Of a DNA stretch of 64,000 nt, positions 38,136 through 50,109 are shown one piece after another. The notes beneath the pieces are model-generated. The model worked only from the letters and a program-made list of their open reading frames with translations. It did not search any database and was not told the origin of the DNA. Origin of the DNA: Nageia nagi (Eukaryota; Plantae; Pinophyta); NCBI GenBank assembly GCA_050084985.1, contig JBITNC010000001.1:157356001-157420000 (forward strand), in the 5' to 3' direction. The translations under genes and the position numbers were made by a program. The stretch's first letter is position 1; the number at the start of each line of letters is the position of its first letter.

Positions 38136-41100
38136 ATGGAAAGAGAAATTTCAGCCAGATCTAAAGTAAGGGTGAAGAAATCTGTGTACGACGCGGTAGT
38201 TTACTTCCATTTACTCCATGAACTTGAATACTACAAGATCTCTCTGGATGAAAGGGAGAGGTTTTTGTGGGTTTTGGGTGAACGGCATGAGGACAAGATG
38301 TGCAAGAAGAGAGGACAGACATGGAAGCCCAGATTTGTTCCACCACATAAGACTCCACCAAGGATCGAAGTTTTGCTCTAGATTTACCAGGGAACCATTG
38401 TAATGTTCCAAATGAAAACTAATGCTAAACTTCAAATTGAATCCGGCTAAGGTTTCTCAAACCCTCACCTAGTCCCCATGTCAAGCCCCTAAGACTTGCG
38501 AGCTCTTGCCAACACCCACGTTGGCCTTCTAGGGCCACCAAGCACTCCCTAGGTCACATGTTGGGCTTCTAGGGCATCCAATGCACCCTCACACCTGACG
38601 TCAACCCTCTCAAGTTGGCATTTGGTCCCAGCAACTCAAAAATGCATGCAACAGTAGTCTACAATGCTAGCTCATTCACCATCACTGGAAAACCAACAAA
38701 AACAAGCATACACATCCAATGCATGCACATATGAGACAATTAAGCAATATGCAATGAGATCCCAAAGCCTCTGGATATATATTATTATTGGTGAGCAATA
38801 CAAATCATACAATCAGCTAATGGGCAACCGTAGGTTTCCCTAGGCAATTTGGACATACACCAAATCAGTGTAGAACAATGGGACAGATCCACTCCCTTTG
38901 TCTTCATCTCCTCCCCACCATAGGGGCTCTCCATGACCACCGGATATCTAATTGAATGGAAGGAACAAACCCTCGGATTTCATCGGATGGGCAAGGTGCT
39001 CCACCTATGCCATAGACAACTAAGATCTGTCAACCCAACTATCCTCTAAATGCTCCGTCTAGGAAAGTATACTTAGCATCGCCAAGTTCGGGTAGTCACA
39101 CGGACAAGTAGTAATATCAATAATTCAGCTATTGTCCAAATGAGCTCCCCTCGAGTATTTATAAGCTCCAGTCAATAGTTGACCTCAAAGTCATCCATAA
39201 GCCTTATATTCCAACGTTGGGCATTCTGAGGGGCCCAACAACTTAACGCACCATTATGATGTCTTGGAATGCCAACGCAACAACATAAGGCCCAGTAATG
39301 CTAATGTGGGGTCCTAGTCGACCTGAAGTGCCAACTTGGGGTTCCTGGAAGCCCAGTAAACCAACGTTGAGGTGTGGGGCCCTCCATGAGGTGGCACAAG
39401 CATGACGACTATCCTGGAACACTTGGACTCGTTGGGATTCCCACAACTCGGGATCTCCAAACTACAACATACTAACATGACTACTTAAGAGGGAGACGTC
39501 CCGCTAGGGCTCACAATTGGGGTCCACATGACCCAGTATGTCTCTTGTCTTTAGCTACAACATGAACATGACCACCTACAAGGGATATCTCTAAGATATC
39601 TGGTTGACAAATATAATTTGGCACTATAGTACAAAAGGGATATCACAACCACCAAAGAATTCTAGAGAGACATCACTTTCCAGGTTTACCAACATCTCTT
39701 GTGATACGGTGTGGCAGGTGAGAGGAAAACCAATGTTGGAAGGGAAAAACTAGCCATACCCCCAACGTCTGGATCTGGGCCTTCCGGAAGCATCAAGGAC
39801 GTAGTCACTCCCTTAGATCTGAAGACAAGGAGTGGACGGAAGCTTTCACTCAGATCCCAAGTAGTGTGTAACAAGATGGAAGCATCACCTATTGTTTGGA
39901 AGGAGAATGCACACTCTCTACAACATTCCTTTCTTCATTGTGAGACTTGGATCAGCCATGTTGACACCCCAAAAAGGTATGGAAGTGATTTTGGTTTTTA
40001 TGACAGTAATTCAGAGATTTTGCATGATGTTGTTGAAAGTGACGATATTGGGAAGAAAGAGGAAAGAGCTATTCTTGTTTCAGATTTTGTTTTGGGAGAT
40101 AGTGATGAGAAAGGAGAAGAGCATGGACCTAGCAAAGAAGAAACTGAAGGAGAAGATACGTTGGGTCTGAGGGAGCCTAGGGAGCCCACATTGGAGGTTG
40201 AAGAGGTTCGTCACCCTACGTTGGGACTGGAGGAGGGAGCTCTTGCTATGTTGGGCTATGAGGAAGTAGGACACCCAACGTTGAGCCTTGAAGAGAGATT
40301 CATGAGTCTAAACTCTTGGAGAGATTTAACACCATGGATCTGTAAGGATCTAAGCTTGGAGAATGAGTATCTTGCTTTGGGAAGGTATGACTTTTCCTTC
40401 AATTCAGTTTGGTTGATTACTAATCTTGTTCTTGGCATGAACAATAGTTGCATACAGAAAAGAAGGACTGTTGATAGCTACATCACTCGCACATTCATTG
40501 GAGGTTTCCCTCTTACAGTTTCAGTCCACAAGAAGACACTTGCTGCCATGAGGATGGAATGTTGTGTTCCAAATGATCACATGAGGTGTTGGAGGGTTGC
40601 TGTCCATTCATCATGGGCTGCATTTGATGATGTTATGGTTGTTGCAAGAGGAGGAGCAAACATTGATGTTTTCATTCATGGGACTGACACACATGATGTA
40701 TTTGAAGCTGCTGTTCACATAAGAAAGGCTGCGTTTGTTGACACTCTTGGGGTTGCCCTTGGAAATGTATTGGTTGCCAAAGTAAAAGGGACTTTTGTTG
40801 CATCCTCTTATGACAATTTGAGGGCTGCCAATTGCTTATTATGGGCTGCATATATTAGTATATTGGCTGATGTTGATAAGGGGACAATTATGGCAGTTTT
40901 GGAGGGTGATTTGAGGGATTCCATTCAGGCCTTAGGAGCTGCACTTGATGACATGTTGACTGTGTTTGATTGGACTGCGTGTGAGGCCACATCTGCCACT
41001 TTTTTGTAGGCTGTGTTTGATGTCATGACAGCAACCATAATGATTGCTGCATTTTGCAAGAATGAAAAGGTGGTTGTTGTCACAAGACGGACTGCAATTC

Positions 41101-41666
41101 CCAGGAAGATTGAGACTGTTGGGCAATACATAGGGACTGTTGTTATTATTTCAGAGGCTGAATTAGGAGCTGTTGTTAACACATCATTGGAGACTTCATG
41201 GACTGCATATCCTACAGATTTTGGGGCTGTATTCATGCCATTTGTTGAGGGCAGAATGATGACAGATTTGGTGTTGGAGAAAAGGGTTGTTTTCATGGCG
41301 CATGGGACTGTCTTTGAATGCTTTGATAATGATACGAAGGCTGTCTTTCATGAATTGAAGACTGAGATTGATGATGCTTTAGTTACTGCTAGTGGGTGTA
41401 TTGTTATTGTATGCCTTGATGTTGGTTTGAGGATTGTTAACTCTGATTTGATGGCATCCTTCATACTGCTTGAAGACCCTACGTTGGAAATCTTTTTGCT
41501 AACTATTGACACATGTTTGTACATTGATTGGGAAGACTTGAGTGAGCCTCTACACCTCATGTTGAGCTTGGAGGCAGCTTGTTACCTCAAGTTGGGCATC
41601 AAAGGAATTTGCGACCAGACGTTAAGTTGTCGGGAGGATTACTATCCCACGTTGAGCATTCAGTAG
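38136..41666 (+). pseudogene. Element C long ORF of unknown function (~760 codons after removing nested LTR; three in-frame stops)
   Basis: 38127-38381, 39711-41009 and 41013-41666 share one frame; nested LTR plus TSD = 1,254 bp, a multiple of 3. Confidence 0.7.
38399..39647 (-). mobile_element. Solo LTR, 1,249 bp, nested in element C ORF
   Basis: tgtaatg...gatatcaca; TSD accat/accac; uninterrupted homologous site seen in D (~23885-23920). Confidence 0.9.
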
Positions 41667-44178
41667 GCTTGTCATGCTACGGCATTCGGGAGGATTATCT
41701 TGCCATGTTGGGTATCCAGGAGGATTGGAGCCCCACGTTGAGGATCATGGAGACTAGAGTTGCTATTGAGAGGTGTCATGGAGATGGGCACCCCACGATG
41801 AGGGTTGGGAGGCCGGAATTGCTGATTTGAGGTTTCTCGAGCTGGAGGTTGGGATGGTTTCTTGCTTCACACTAGCCATGAGTAACTTGGGAGTGCCTGA
41901 GTGGAGCTTAGGCTCTACATGCTTTACACTGATTACTATCTTGCCCTAGTTTTTGCAGGTTTAGTTCAGCCTAGGTGCGCATGTACTTCCATGGCTTTGG
42001 AGGATCCTCACTGAGTATATTATGAGGAGTGATAGTTACAACAAACCAAAGGGTTTGCAAACTGCATTGATATAGGAGCATGGAGTTCCAGCTGTTCACT
42101 TCCCTCCATCCTCCGGTATGAGGCATATTGAGGTTGCATTCTGCCATCATGTGCTCCGGTCGACAGTTCTTGATGATGTATGGGAGACTGGATGTTGTGA
42201 TCTCTTACGATTGCTTGAGGACAAGCAATTCGAGAGGGGAGGCTTTGTGACATCCCCCTTGTACTTTTGATAGGGCCTGTTGCGTCATCTTGTACCATAT
42301 CTATTTCACGTATTTGCATTTACGTTGTTGTAACTCAGTATAGGAGTTTTAATGGGTCATGTGGACCCCATTGTGAGCCCCAAGTGGGACATCTCCCTCC
42401 TGAGAGTAGAATAGGTTTGTGTGATGTGTGGAGATCTTGGATTGTGGGAATCCTGAGGTATATTAATGCATTTATGGATTGGATGGACACTAGCATGCTT
42501 GGGCAACATTGGGGAGGGACCCACACGCCAACGTTGGCAACTTGAGCACTCTAGGACCCCCACGTCAGCTTGATGGGCCTTTATGAACCCCACGTTGGTG
42601 CATTGGCCCATTATGACCCCCATGTTGGTATGGTTGACGTCTTTGATCCCAACGTTGGATTAGATGGGCCTAGGATGATTCCGAGGTAAGATTCAGATAT
42701 GATGTAAAGTATAAATAGACATGAGGTCCTCATTGATACTTACCACTTGATTATTATACACTTTATACGAGACCTTCGGGAAACAAGTCTTAGCGGTGCT
42801 AAGCAACTCTTCCTAGGGAGGTTGTCTTGAGGGTAGGCAGGCGTTGGGATCATGACTATCTACGGCTTTGGTGGGTCACCAAGCCCATCCAGTGGCATTC
42901 TGAGGATACACTTCTTCCTTAAGTGGATATCCAGGGTTCGAGAAGAGCTCCTTTAGTGGAGGGAATTTGGAGTCTGAGGGAGTGCGTCTATTCCATAGTC
43001 CGGCAGCATTTCATTGAGGGTTTCATATTGTTATGCCCTAATTGGCTCTTTGGAGGCCAAAGTTCACCTCTGAGAGCTAGGGTTTGTATTGTATTTCATC
43101 TTATATCATAATACAGGCCGTTGGGCATTGGATCTCAGTATTGTATTGTACATGTGTGTCTGTGGCATTGTTTATGTTGGTTTTCCATATTGTGGCCATC
43201 GTTGCTGTTGTAGACTTGTGTAATTATCATTGTGAGCATTCGTTGCGTGTGTAGTGTGTTTGGAAGCCTTGGAGGGCTGACGTCAACATTATATTTGTAT
43301 TTGGTGCCCTGGAGGGCCAATGTTGGTGTTGTAGATGCATTGTTGAGTGTGTTGGAAGCCCTAATTTACTAGTTTTGTTTATTGTTACTAATATTTGGTT
43401 TGAGGTTCATTTTGGATCCTCACAAGACCAAGGAATTTGAGGGCTTCCGTGTGACAAATGCAAATGGGAAGGTTACACTAGTGGATCAAATTGTGGAGAA
43501 GTTTGGCATGAGGACACAAGATTATGTGGAAAGAGAGGACTTCTACACTTATCCACTGCATGACATTTCCCATTTAATTTTGGGAGTACAATGGCTATAT
43601 AATTTGGGTGACATCCAATCAAACTATCAAAAGTTAGTGATGGAATTTGAGATGGAAGGAATGAAGCATTAATTACAAGGCATCAAGGATTACTCTCCCC
43701 AAGTATCATCCAACTGTTTGGAGGAATTGTATGTAGTTCGACGGCTTGAGCAGGAGGATATCCCACCTATCAAGGAAGGGTGCATATGGAGGAGGTCACA
43801 TGATGATGAGTCGTCTTTAGATGAAGGATGTCAAACCTTTAGATGCATAGAGGAGGATAGATTGATGAAATTGGAGCAACTAATCTTCAACTTGATGAAC
43901 TTCATCCACCCCTTGGCTCACTTGGACATTGCATGTGAAAGGAGCCAAAGGAATAAGAGGATTAAAGCCTCCTCAACGTCCACATGGGGAGGTCGTGGAA
44001 CACATGCTTGGATGTCACACTTATGGAGATTTTGAGGTTGGTTGTTAGTTCCCTTTCAACACTTGTCTCCTTGGAAGACAACATAGACCATGGATTGATT
44101 GCGTGGAGGTGTACATGGAGGATGTTGGGGGTTGACTATTGTCATGTGCCTTTTTCACACTTATGCCTTTTTGTTACA

Positions 44179-45028
44179 TGTAATGAACCATGGGGTCCAC
44201 TTGGAGCTTGACGTCGAACCTTAGGGGGACGTTTAAGCACAAAATAAAGTAATTTAGGAGTGTTTGGCTACTTACGGGTGATTTTGTAGTTAGAGGGGCT
44301 AATGTAGCTATTGCATTTGTACTTAGGCATTTATTGTAACCAAGTGCTGGGTATTAAAGTCAAATTGTGAGCCCCAAAGTTGGATGTCAACCTCCTTGGA
44401 TAGATAGAATTATTTAATGATATTTTGTTTAATAATAATGGTCTAACGACTTGATTATGCTCATCTCATGATGGAATCCTAGCGCCAAGCCTAGGATGAC
44501 TCCTTGTTGTAAATGCATCTCATCCCAAGACCCCCCGCGCATGGATTCTTGTGGCGCTCCATTGGCATGGATTCCTAGGCGATATCTAGGACACCTAGTG
44601 AGACGTTTGGCTATTAAGGGGGTTGGCGCATCATTTGGTAGGTAGCTTTTTATCATATTTGTCATCTTTAATTTGGAGTGTGGTGTGGAGTCATCTCTTG
44701 GGTCTCTTGTGGACGAAACCTTGTAGGCGAAGGATTTAGATTTCAGTTCCAGACGTTAGCCTTCTAGGAGCATATTTGTCATTGTTGAGTTCTATATTTG
44801 GCCTTCCAAGCTAGACTTCAAGTCTATCTTTGCTTATTGCATTGTATTTGCTCCATTTTTGATGATATATTGAGGTGTGGGCCCTTGGATGCCATTTTTG
44901 TGTGATATTTGAGCATCATTATGTGACATTGGTATTTTTGCATTACTTGAGCCTGGAAATTACTCTAGATTGTTCATTGTTTTTTTGGCTTCCTAATTTT
45001 GGCATAAGCAAAATTTCGACACATCACA
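44179..45028 (+). mobile_element. LTR-like insertion (~850 bp) in element B
   Basis: tgtaatg...catcaca termini; carries the shared tgtgagcccc module; absent from the homologous region of A; TSD not matched. Confidence 0.6.
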
Positions 45029-46092
45029 ACTACGCCTTGGTAAAAAAGGCATTAATGATTTTCTTCAAGGTTACCTACGACAAAGGTGGAGACGTCAAGG
45101 ACATGGTAGAAATGTTATATTTGTGGGAGTTTATTGTGGCTGCATTTGATGGTGATTAGTGCTGCATAGCATTCATAGTTATGATTTCTGGTTCTTTGAC
45201 TTCTGACAGGTCGGCTGCCATATTTTGGAAATCTTTTGGCCATGGGTTGCACAAGGGACAAGCATGGTCTGGGCAACCAGGAATGATGATAAAGATGATT
45301 AAGTGGCAACTTAGTTTGGAGATGATGGCGTGAGTGAAGACCCAACGTTGGCTACTTTTCTGCTAAACGTTGGCATATGTTGGACACATGCTTCTTCCTT
45401 AGATGACAGGGGGAGAGGATCCCTTACATCATTTACATTTTCAGTTGGTGATACTTTAGGAAAAGAAAAATGGGTTAGTAGATTTCATATATGACCACGT
45501 GAAGAACATGATGAATGAAGACAACATGACAAAGATGGTACTTCAGAATTCAGTTACAACATGTATGAATCTTGATGTTGCCAATGATGTATTGAAGACA
45601 AACTTTCACCACTTAGCAGAGTTATGGTATGTAATAATGGCGCAATGCTTGGGGTCATGCAATTTTCGGAAGGGAGGATTGTAATGTCCCCTTTTATTGG
45701 ATGTTCTCCTTAGGAGTAATTTTGTAATTAGGAGTGTTTTGTTATTTTTTTCATGTATATTTAGGCTATAATATAACTTAGGATAGGAGACATATGGGTT
45801 CCTTGGACCAATTGTGAGCCCCTAGTGGGACGTTTTCCTCCTAAGAGTAGATTATAGTATTTAAGTATCATATTGTGGATCCCAAGGCACAACGCATGAT
45901 TAGAGGCTGGGCACATGGTTTGGTGTGATCTTGAGGCACAATCCAGGCAACCATGCATGACATCACCTTGAGGGGTGTGTGAGCATCCAACCTTGGAGGA
46001 TTCTACATATAGGGCTAGCGCAATGTTGAGGAGGCATCATTGAGCTATTTTGACATCTTCTATCTTTGGAGTGGCAGTGCCATCTATTGGGC

Positions 46093-47046
46093 TGTGATGT
46101 ACCCTTCTAGGGCTTATGCTAAATATGCACAATTACTCAACCAATTTCTCATTCATTCACAAATTAGGGCATAGTAGTAAATGCTCAGTGACCATCCAAT
46201 CATGCTTTCAAGACTGAAATATTATAACTGTAACCAGATCTGATATATAGCAGTGAACAAGCTCATGCAACATGCGAAACGAACCAAACTAGGGCACAAT
46301 TGCAAATCTGTAACATAATAGTAATATGCATCCAAAATACTCTAATTTGCATACATTCCTATGCACAACGAATGATAAAAGTACAATAGTAGTAGAAAAA
46401 CATTCATTCACATTTGATGAGCCTTATGAGAGCCAAATATCATGAATAATAACCAAGAATAAGTAAAGGGTTGTAACAAGTTCTAAGGCAAAGCCCAAGA
46501 CTCTAAAAATTCACAACAAAGATTTCTAATGGTTGGCGCAATTCTCTAGATAGCTCCCAAGGTCTAACACTAGGGCTAGAAGGTCCTCCAATGTTGGTGC
46601 AAGCTCTCCAAGTGTATGCAATTGCGAATGTGCCACTTCTAGGCTAAGTAGCAGCCCTAGACCTTACAAGGAAGAGAGGGAAGCATCCCCAACTCCAACA
46701 TGATCCGAGATCAAATGGCAAATTATGATGATGCTTAAGTGGTGAATCTTTCCTCCTTTTATAGGTGCCTTTACCTTGAAATCATCAATAATTAAACTCT
46801 TGGACGACTTGGAATAAAATAACTTAACTCTAGTCGATTTTTCCCTAGCCGCGATATTAGAATCTTGGTTTCTTGGGCAAACTTCAAAAGTCCATATCTC
46901 CCTTGTTCCTCCACAGAACTGTCATGTGACCTGTCAAAATGATTGGCATAAGATTCTCCATTCATTCCAAAAGACAAATTAGTGATCAAGGACTTGTGAC
47001 GAAAGTTATGCCTTCTACAAGGTTTGTCAAAATTGAGGGCATTACA
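46093..47046 (-). mobile_element. Solo LTR (family G), 954 bp, nested in B's 3' LTR
   Basis: tgtgatg...cattaca; perfect TSD TGGGC; host LTR sequence resumes on both sides. Confidence 0.92.
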
Positions 47047-47899
47047 TGGGCCTCTAGTTTGATGTAAACCCAACCTTGAGAAGGAGCTAGTGGGACGTGG
47101 CCCTCACTAGATCTTAGGTAAGGACAAAAACCCTTAGTCAGACCAGCTTTGCAGCTTAGATTCGGGGGTTGAAGCCCCTAGCAATGAGATGTCAACATTT
47201 GAGGAGAGTGTGCCCTAGATTTGGTTGAGTGAGCCAGATGTCAACCCTCTTTGGCCCATTTGGTTGTATCTTGTTCCATCATTGTTCAATAATGAGACAT
47301 TGGCATTATTTCTCCTATTTGGCTTGTGCTTGGCATATTTTGTGGTGTGAATGTTTGATTTTGTTCATTTTCACATTTGTTGCTTAATTTGTTTGTCATG
47401 TTACAAAATTGTTGAAGAGCGTGGAGAGGAAGGGTGGGAGGGTGAATTTGGCATGTTTGAGGAATTCGTTTACAAATCAACTAATAAATATAATAAACTA
47501 GTATCTTAATTATATCAATGAACATAATTGTAGAGCAATAGAAGAATAACATCACGTACATTATCAAATGGAAAATATTCTGCAATATCCATATGCAAAT
47601 TATCAATGAATAGAAGTTCAAAGACGATAGCTTCCACCACTTGAAGGGGGTGAACCTCATAGCCACTTCAAGGGTACGACTTCCAAATATTATTATTGAG
47701 CAATTATGATTTTGCAATGATTTTAATGAGTATTGTATGTGCTTGTATTTATATGATAATATTTCTAATAATTTTCTTACCCCACACAAGGTGTAATCAA
47801 CATAGAGTGTAATTTTTAATATCTTTTTACATTGTCCGTATATCTGTTATGCATTAGGAATACTGGGTATTATTTTTAATGATTTGGTATGGAACATGC

Positions 47900-48083
47900 T
47901 AGTGTTTGAAAAATCGGCAAAACAAAAAATCAGCTCTGGGTAAAATTTTTAAAATTGAGAAAAGTCATTTCAAGAATTGGTGAAAAATTGCAGCACTCTA
48001 TAAAAATACAAATGAAAAAAATCACAAAAACAATCACAAAAAATCGACAAAATCACGATTTATCATAAATTTTCTAAACGCTG
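47900..48083. mobile_element. hAT-like MITE, 184 bp
   Basis: Imperfect TIRs tagtgtttgaaaaat / attttctaaacgctg; 8-bp TSD gaacatgc/gaacatac; CAGTGTT-type ends and 8-bp TSD are hAT hallmarks. Confidence 0.75.
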
Positions 48084-48157
48084 GAACATACTAGTTGAAA
48101 CATGGCTATATACCATTTAAATTTACAATGACTCTTGGGTGTTGAATGCGTCTGCAG

Positions 48158-48247
48158 TTCATTCCAACTAGGTTGACTCTTGATGCAAGCATCACCAGAC
48201 CACCCCCACTGTTAAGTGAAGCAGACCTGTTAGGTTGTATGGATAAG
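48158..48247 (+). CDS. TOP3A: TOP3A internal exon ([30 protein letters not shown])
   Basis: ctgcag acceptor, gtacat donor; 90 nt; continues the protein directly after GQQ with no missing residues. Confidence 0.96.
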
Positions 48248-48398
48248 GTACATTCACATTGCGTTTCTTCATTGTAGAATTTCGTTGTAACGAATATTTC
48301 TGAGGTTAATAATGTGATATTTGAGCAATTCTGAATTTATGGTTTATGTGTGATGCATATGGGAATATATTTTCTCATTCTGAGCTTACCAATTGCAG

Positions 48399-48503
48399 GC
48401 TGGTATCGGTACTGATGCAACTATGCATGATCACATAAAAAAGCTACTTGATCGTTGCTATGTAACTAAAGATGCAAATACTCGGTTCTGTCCAACAAAT
48501 CTG
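48399..48503 (+). CDS. TOP3A: TOP3A internal exon ([35 protein letters not shown])
   Basis: ttgcag acceptor, gtatac donor; 105 nt; contains the type IA topoisomerase GIGTDAT motif. Confidence 0.97.
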
Positions 48504-48946
48504 GTATACTATATTGTTGTAAAAAAATATTATTGGCTTGAAATTAATAATTTGGTTGTATACTTTTCAGAAAGTCTTAGGACTAGTAGTTGTTTTCTGT
48601 TTGATAAGTATGTAGTGCGAAATTAAAAGATAAAAGAAACATACAATCAAATCTGCCCTACTGGTATGGCTTAGACTGATTAGCGAGGTTCAAACTAGCA
48701 TGAGCTCTATTGAAGTGTTGATGTTGAATGCGGCATGATATGTGAACAATATATAAAAGGTGGAGTGAATATTTAATTTGTAGCTGCAAGAGGTTGGCAC
48801 AAGCCAATCAGGTGTTCTTGCAAGGTTGGAACCTAAAAGCCACCTTTACCACTAGGGAGCTCTAGTGACCATTTGACATCAACTTTCCTTGGGTATGATA
48901 TATCATGTTACTGAAGACAAAAATAAAAGACAAGTGTTAAAATATG

Positions 48947-50105
48947 TGTGATGATCTCAAACTGGCGGATCATGCTCAAACGTGCCCTAGGAGAGGAACG
49001 TTTACCTTCTAATTTCGGATCTAGCCAAACAAGCCCAAAATGTACACAATACTTCAACATCTAGCTAAGAATGCCGAAATGAACCTTAAACAAACCATAA
49101 ATGCTCACAAATACCCAACGTCGCAACAAGGAAGGAAAAATAGAAATTTAAGCATGAAGTAACAATTCTAGATCCAACTTGCAAGCACAAGAGAACAATT
49201 ACAACAAAATGAACCTAATAATGTAATTGTATTGAGATATAGAATGCAGAAGCACAATTACATAAATATAATTTTTGTGACTAAGGAGCTTACACCAAGG
49301 TTGCCTCCAATAGGGTTATTTTGGATGGCTCTAGGGCCTCACCAATCGCAGCAGCAGGAAGGCTCAACCTAGGGCTTTCCTCCTCATTTGTGATGGAACC
49401 AACATTGTTCCTCTCCTGAAAGGTTAGAGTAAGCTTGAGGCTAGCCTTCTATTACCTTGAGACTTCAAATGCAGACCTGTGCCTACAAATGGCAAAGATA
49501 GAGTTCTCACACTCAATCTGCTAAAAGGGGGTTTAATCAACAATTCAACATATCCCATAATGTCTAGGAGTTCTTCTTTTATAGGTGAGGTAGTCCATCT
49601 TCTAATCTTGCATTGAGATGATCTAACTGTGGAGAGATGTGATTCGTGTGCTCTTGATGACAACTTCGAAGATCAAGAGCCTTGGGATAGATGAGATCAC
49701 ATCCAAGGGTCTAGAAATGAAGCGTTGGGTTTATGGGGCTTCCAATGTGCCTTGGAGTCTGTGCCATGTGTCCAAATGCCTATTGGGATGTGACATGGGG
49801 TCCTAGAGTGCATAAATGCCCAACGTGGGGTCTTGGGATCCTCATAGGCCCAACGTTTAAGGAGGAGAGCTCATAAATGCCTCGTCCAAGCTTGGGTGTC
49901 CTTGCGATGCCTTGAAGTTGGTGTAATCACATAGGGTTATGCTCTATCTCAAAGAGGGGATCATTAATGACAAGAGGACCATCTAAAGCCAATATTACAT
50001 TCATCAAGGCTAGAACTATGCAACGGCTCATTATTGGAGACTAATTTTGCATTTACAAATATAATTGCCTTGGTATCATTAATACAAAATTATTGGCATT
50101 TGGGA
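48947..50105 (-). mobile_element. Family F LTR, truncated on the right
   Basis: Starts tgtgatgatctc, homologous to 20435 onward. Confidence 0.8.
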
Positions 50106-50109
50106 GACA

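Larger units (their letters stand above)
36867..43424 (+). mobile_element. Element C: structurally complete non-autonomous LTR retrotransposon (5' LTR 36867-37816, PBS ~37819-37830, PPT ~42232-42242, 3' LTR 42246-43424)
   Basis: Perfect TSD AGACC (36862-36866, 43425-43429); TG...CA LTRs clearly homologous; PBS ttgtatcagagc; PPT gagaggggagg; no PR/RT/RH/IN motifs seen. Confidence 0.93.
36771..43690 (+). pseudogene. Element B aspartic protease remnant split by element C (36771-36866 + 43430-~43690)
   Basis: QEVMALIDRGVTHNFIDEEFVKT|KEFEGFRVTNANG...HLILGVQWL; homologous to element A protease. Confidence 0.85.
21795..47405 (+). mobile_element. Element B (same family as A): non-autonomous Ty3/gypsy host of the main nest. 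5' LTR remnant 21795-22133 + 25592-25601, PBS ~25603-25614, gag, protease, unknown region, PPT, 3' LTR 45680-47405
   Basis: 5' and 3' LTR pieces are homologous to each other and to 5740-6529. PBS gggtattagagc (tRNA-iMet-like tggtatcagagc). PPT ggaagggagga at ~45668-45678. gag and PR are split by insertions with TSDs. Confidence 0.85.
4812..48157 (+). other. 43,346-bp GT-AG intron of TOP3A filled with nested LTR retrotransposon remnants
   Basis: Flanking exons join in frame (GQQ|FIPT) with no residues missing relative to plant TOP3A. Confidence 0.93.

Noticed and set aside
40925-41296. Minus-strand ORFs within element C
   Set aside because: Shadow frames of the GNN-rich plus-strand ORF
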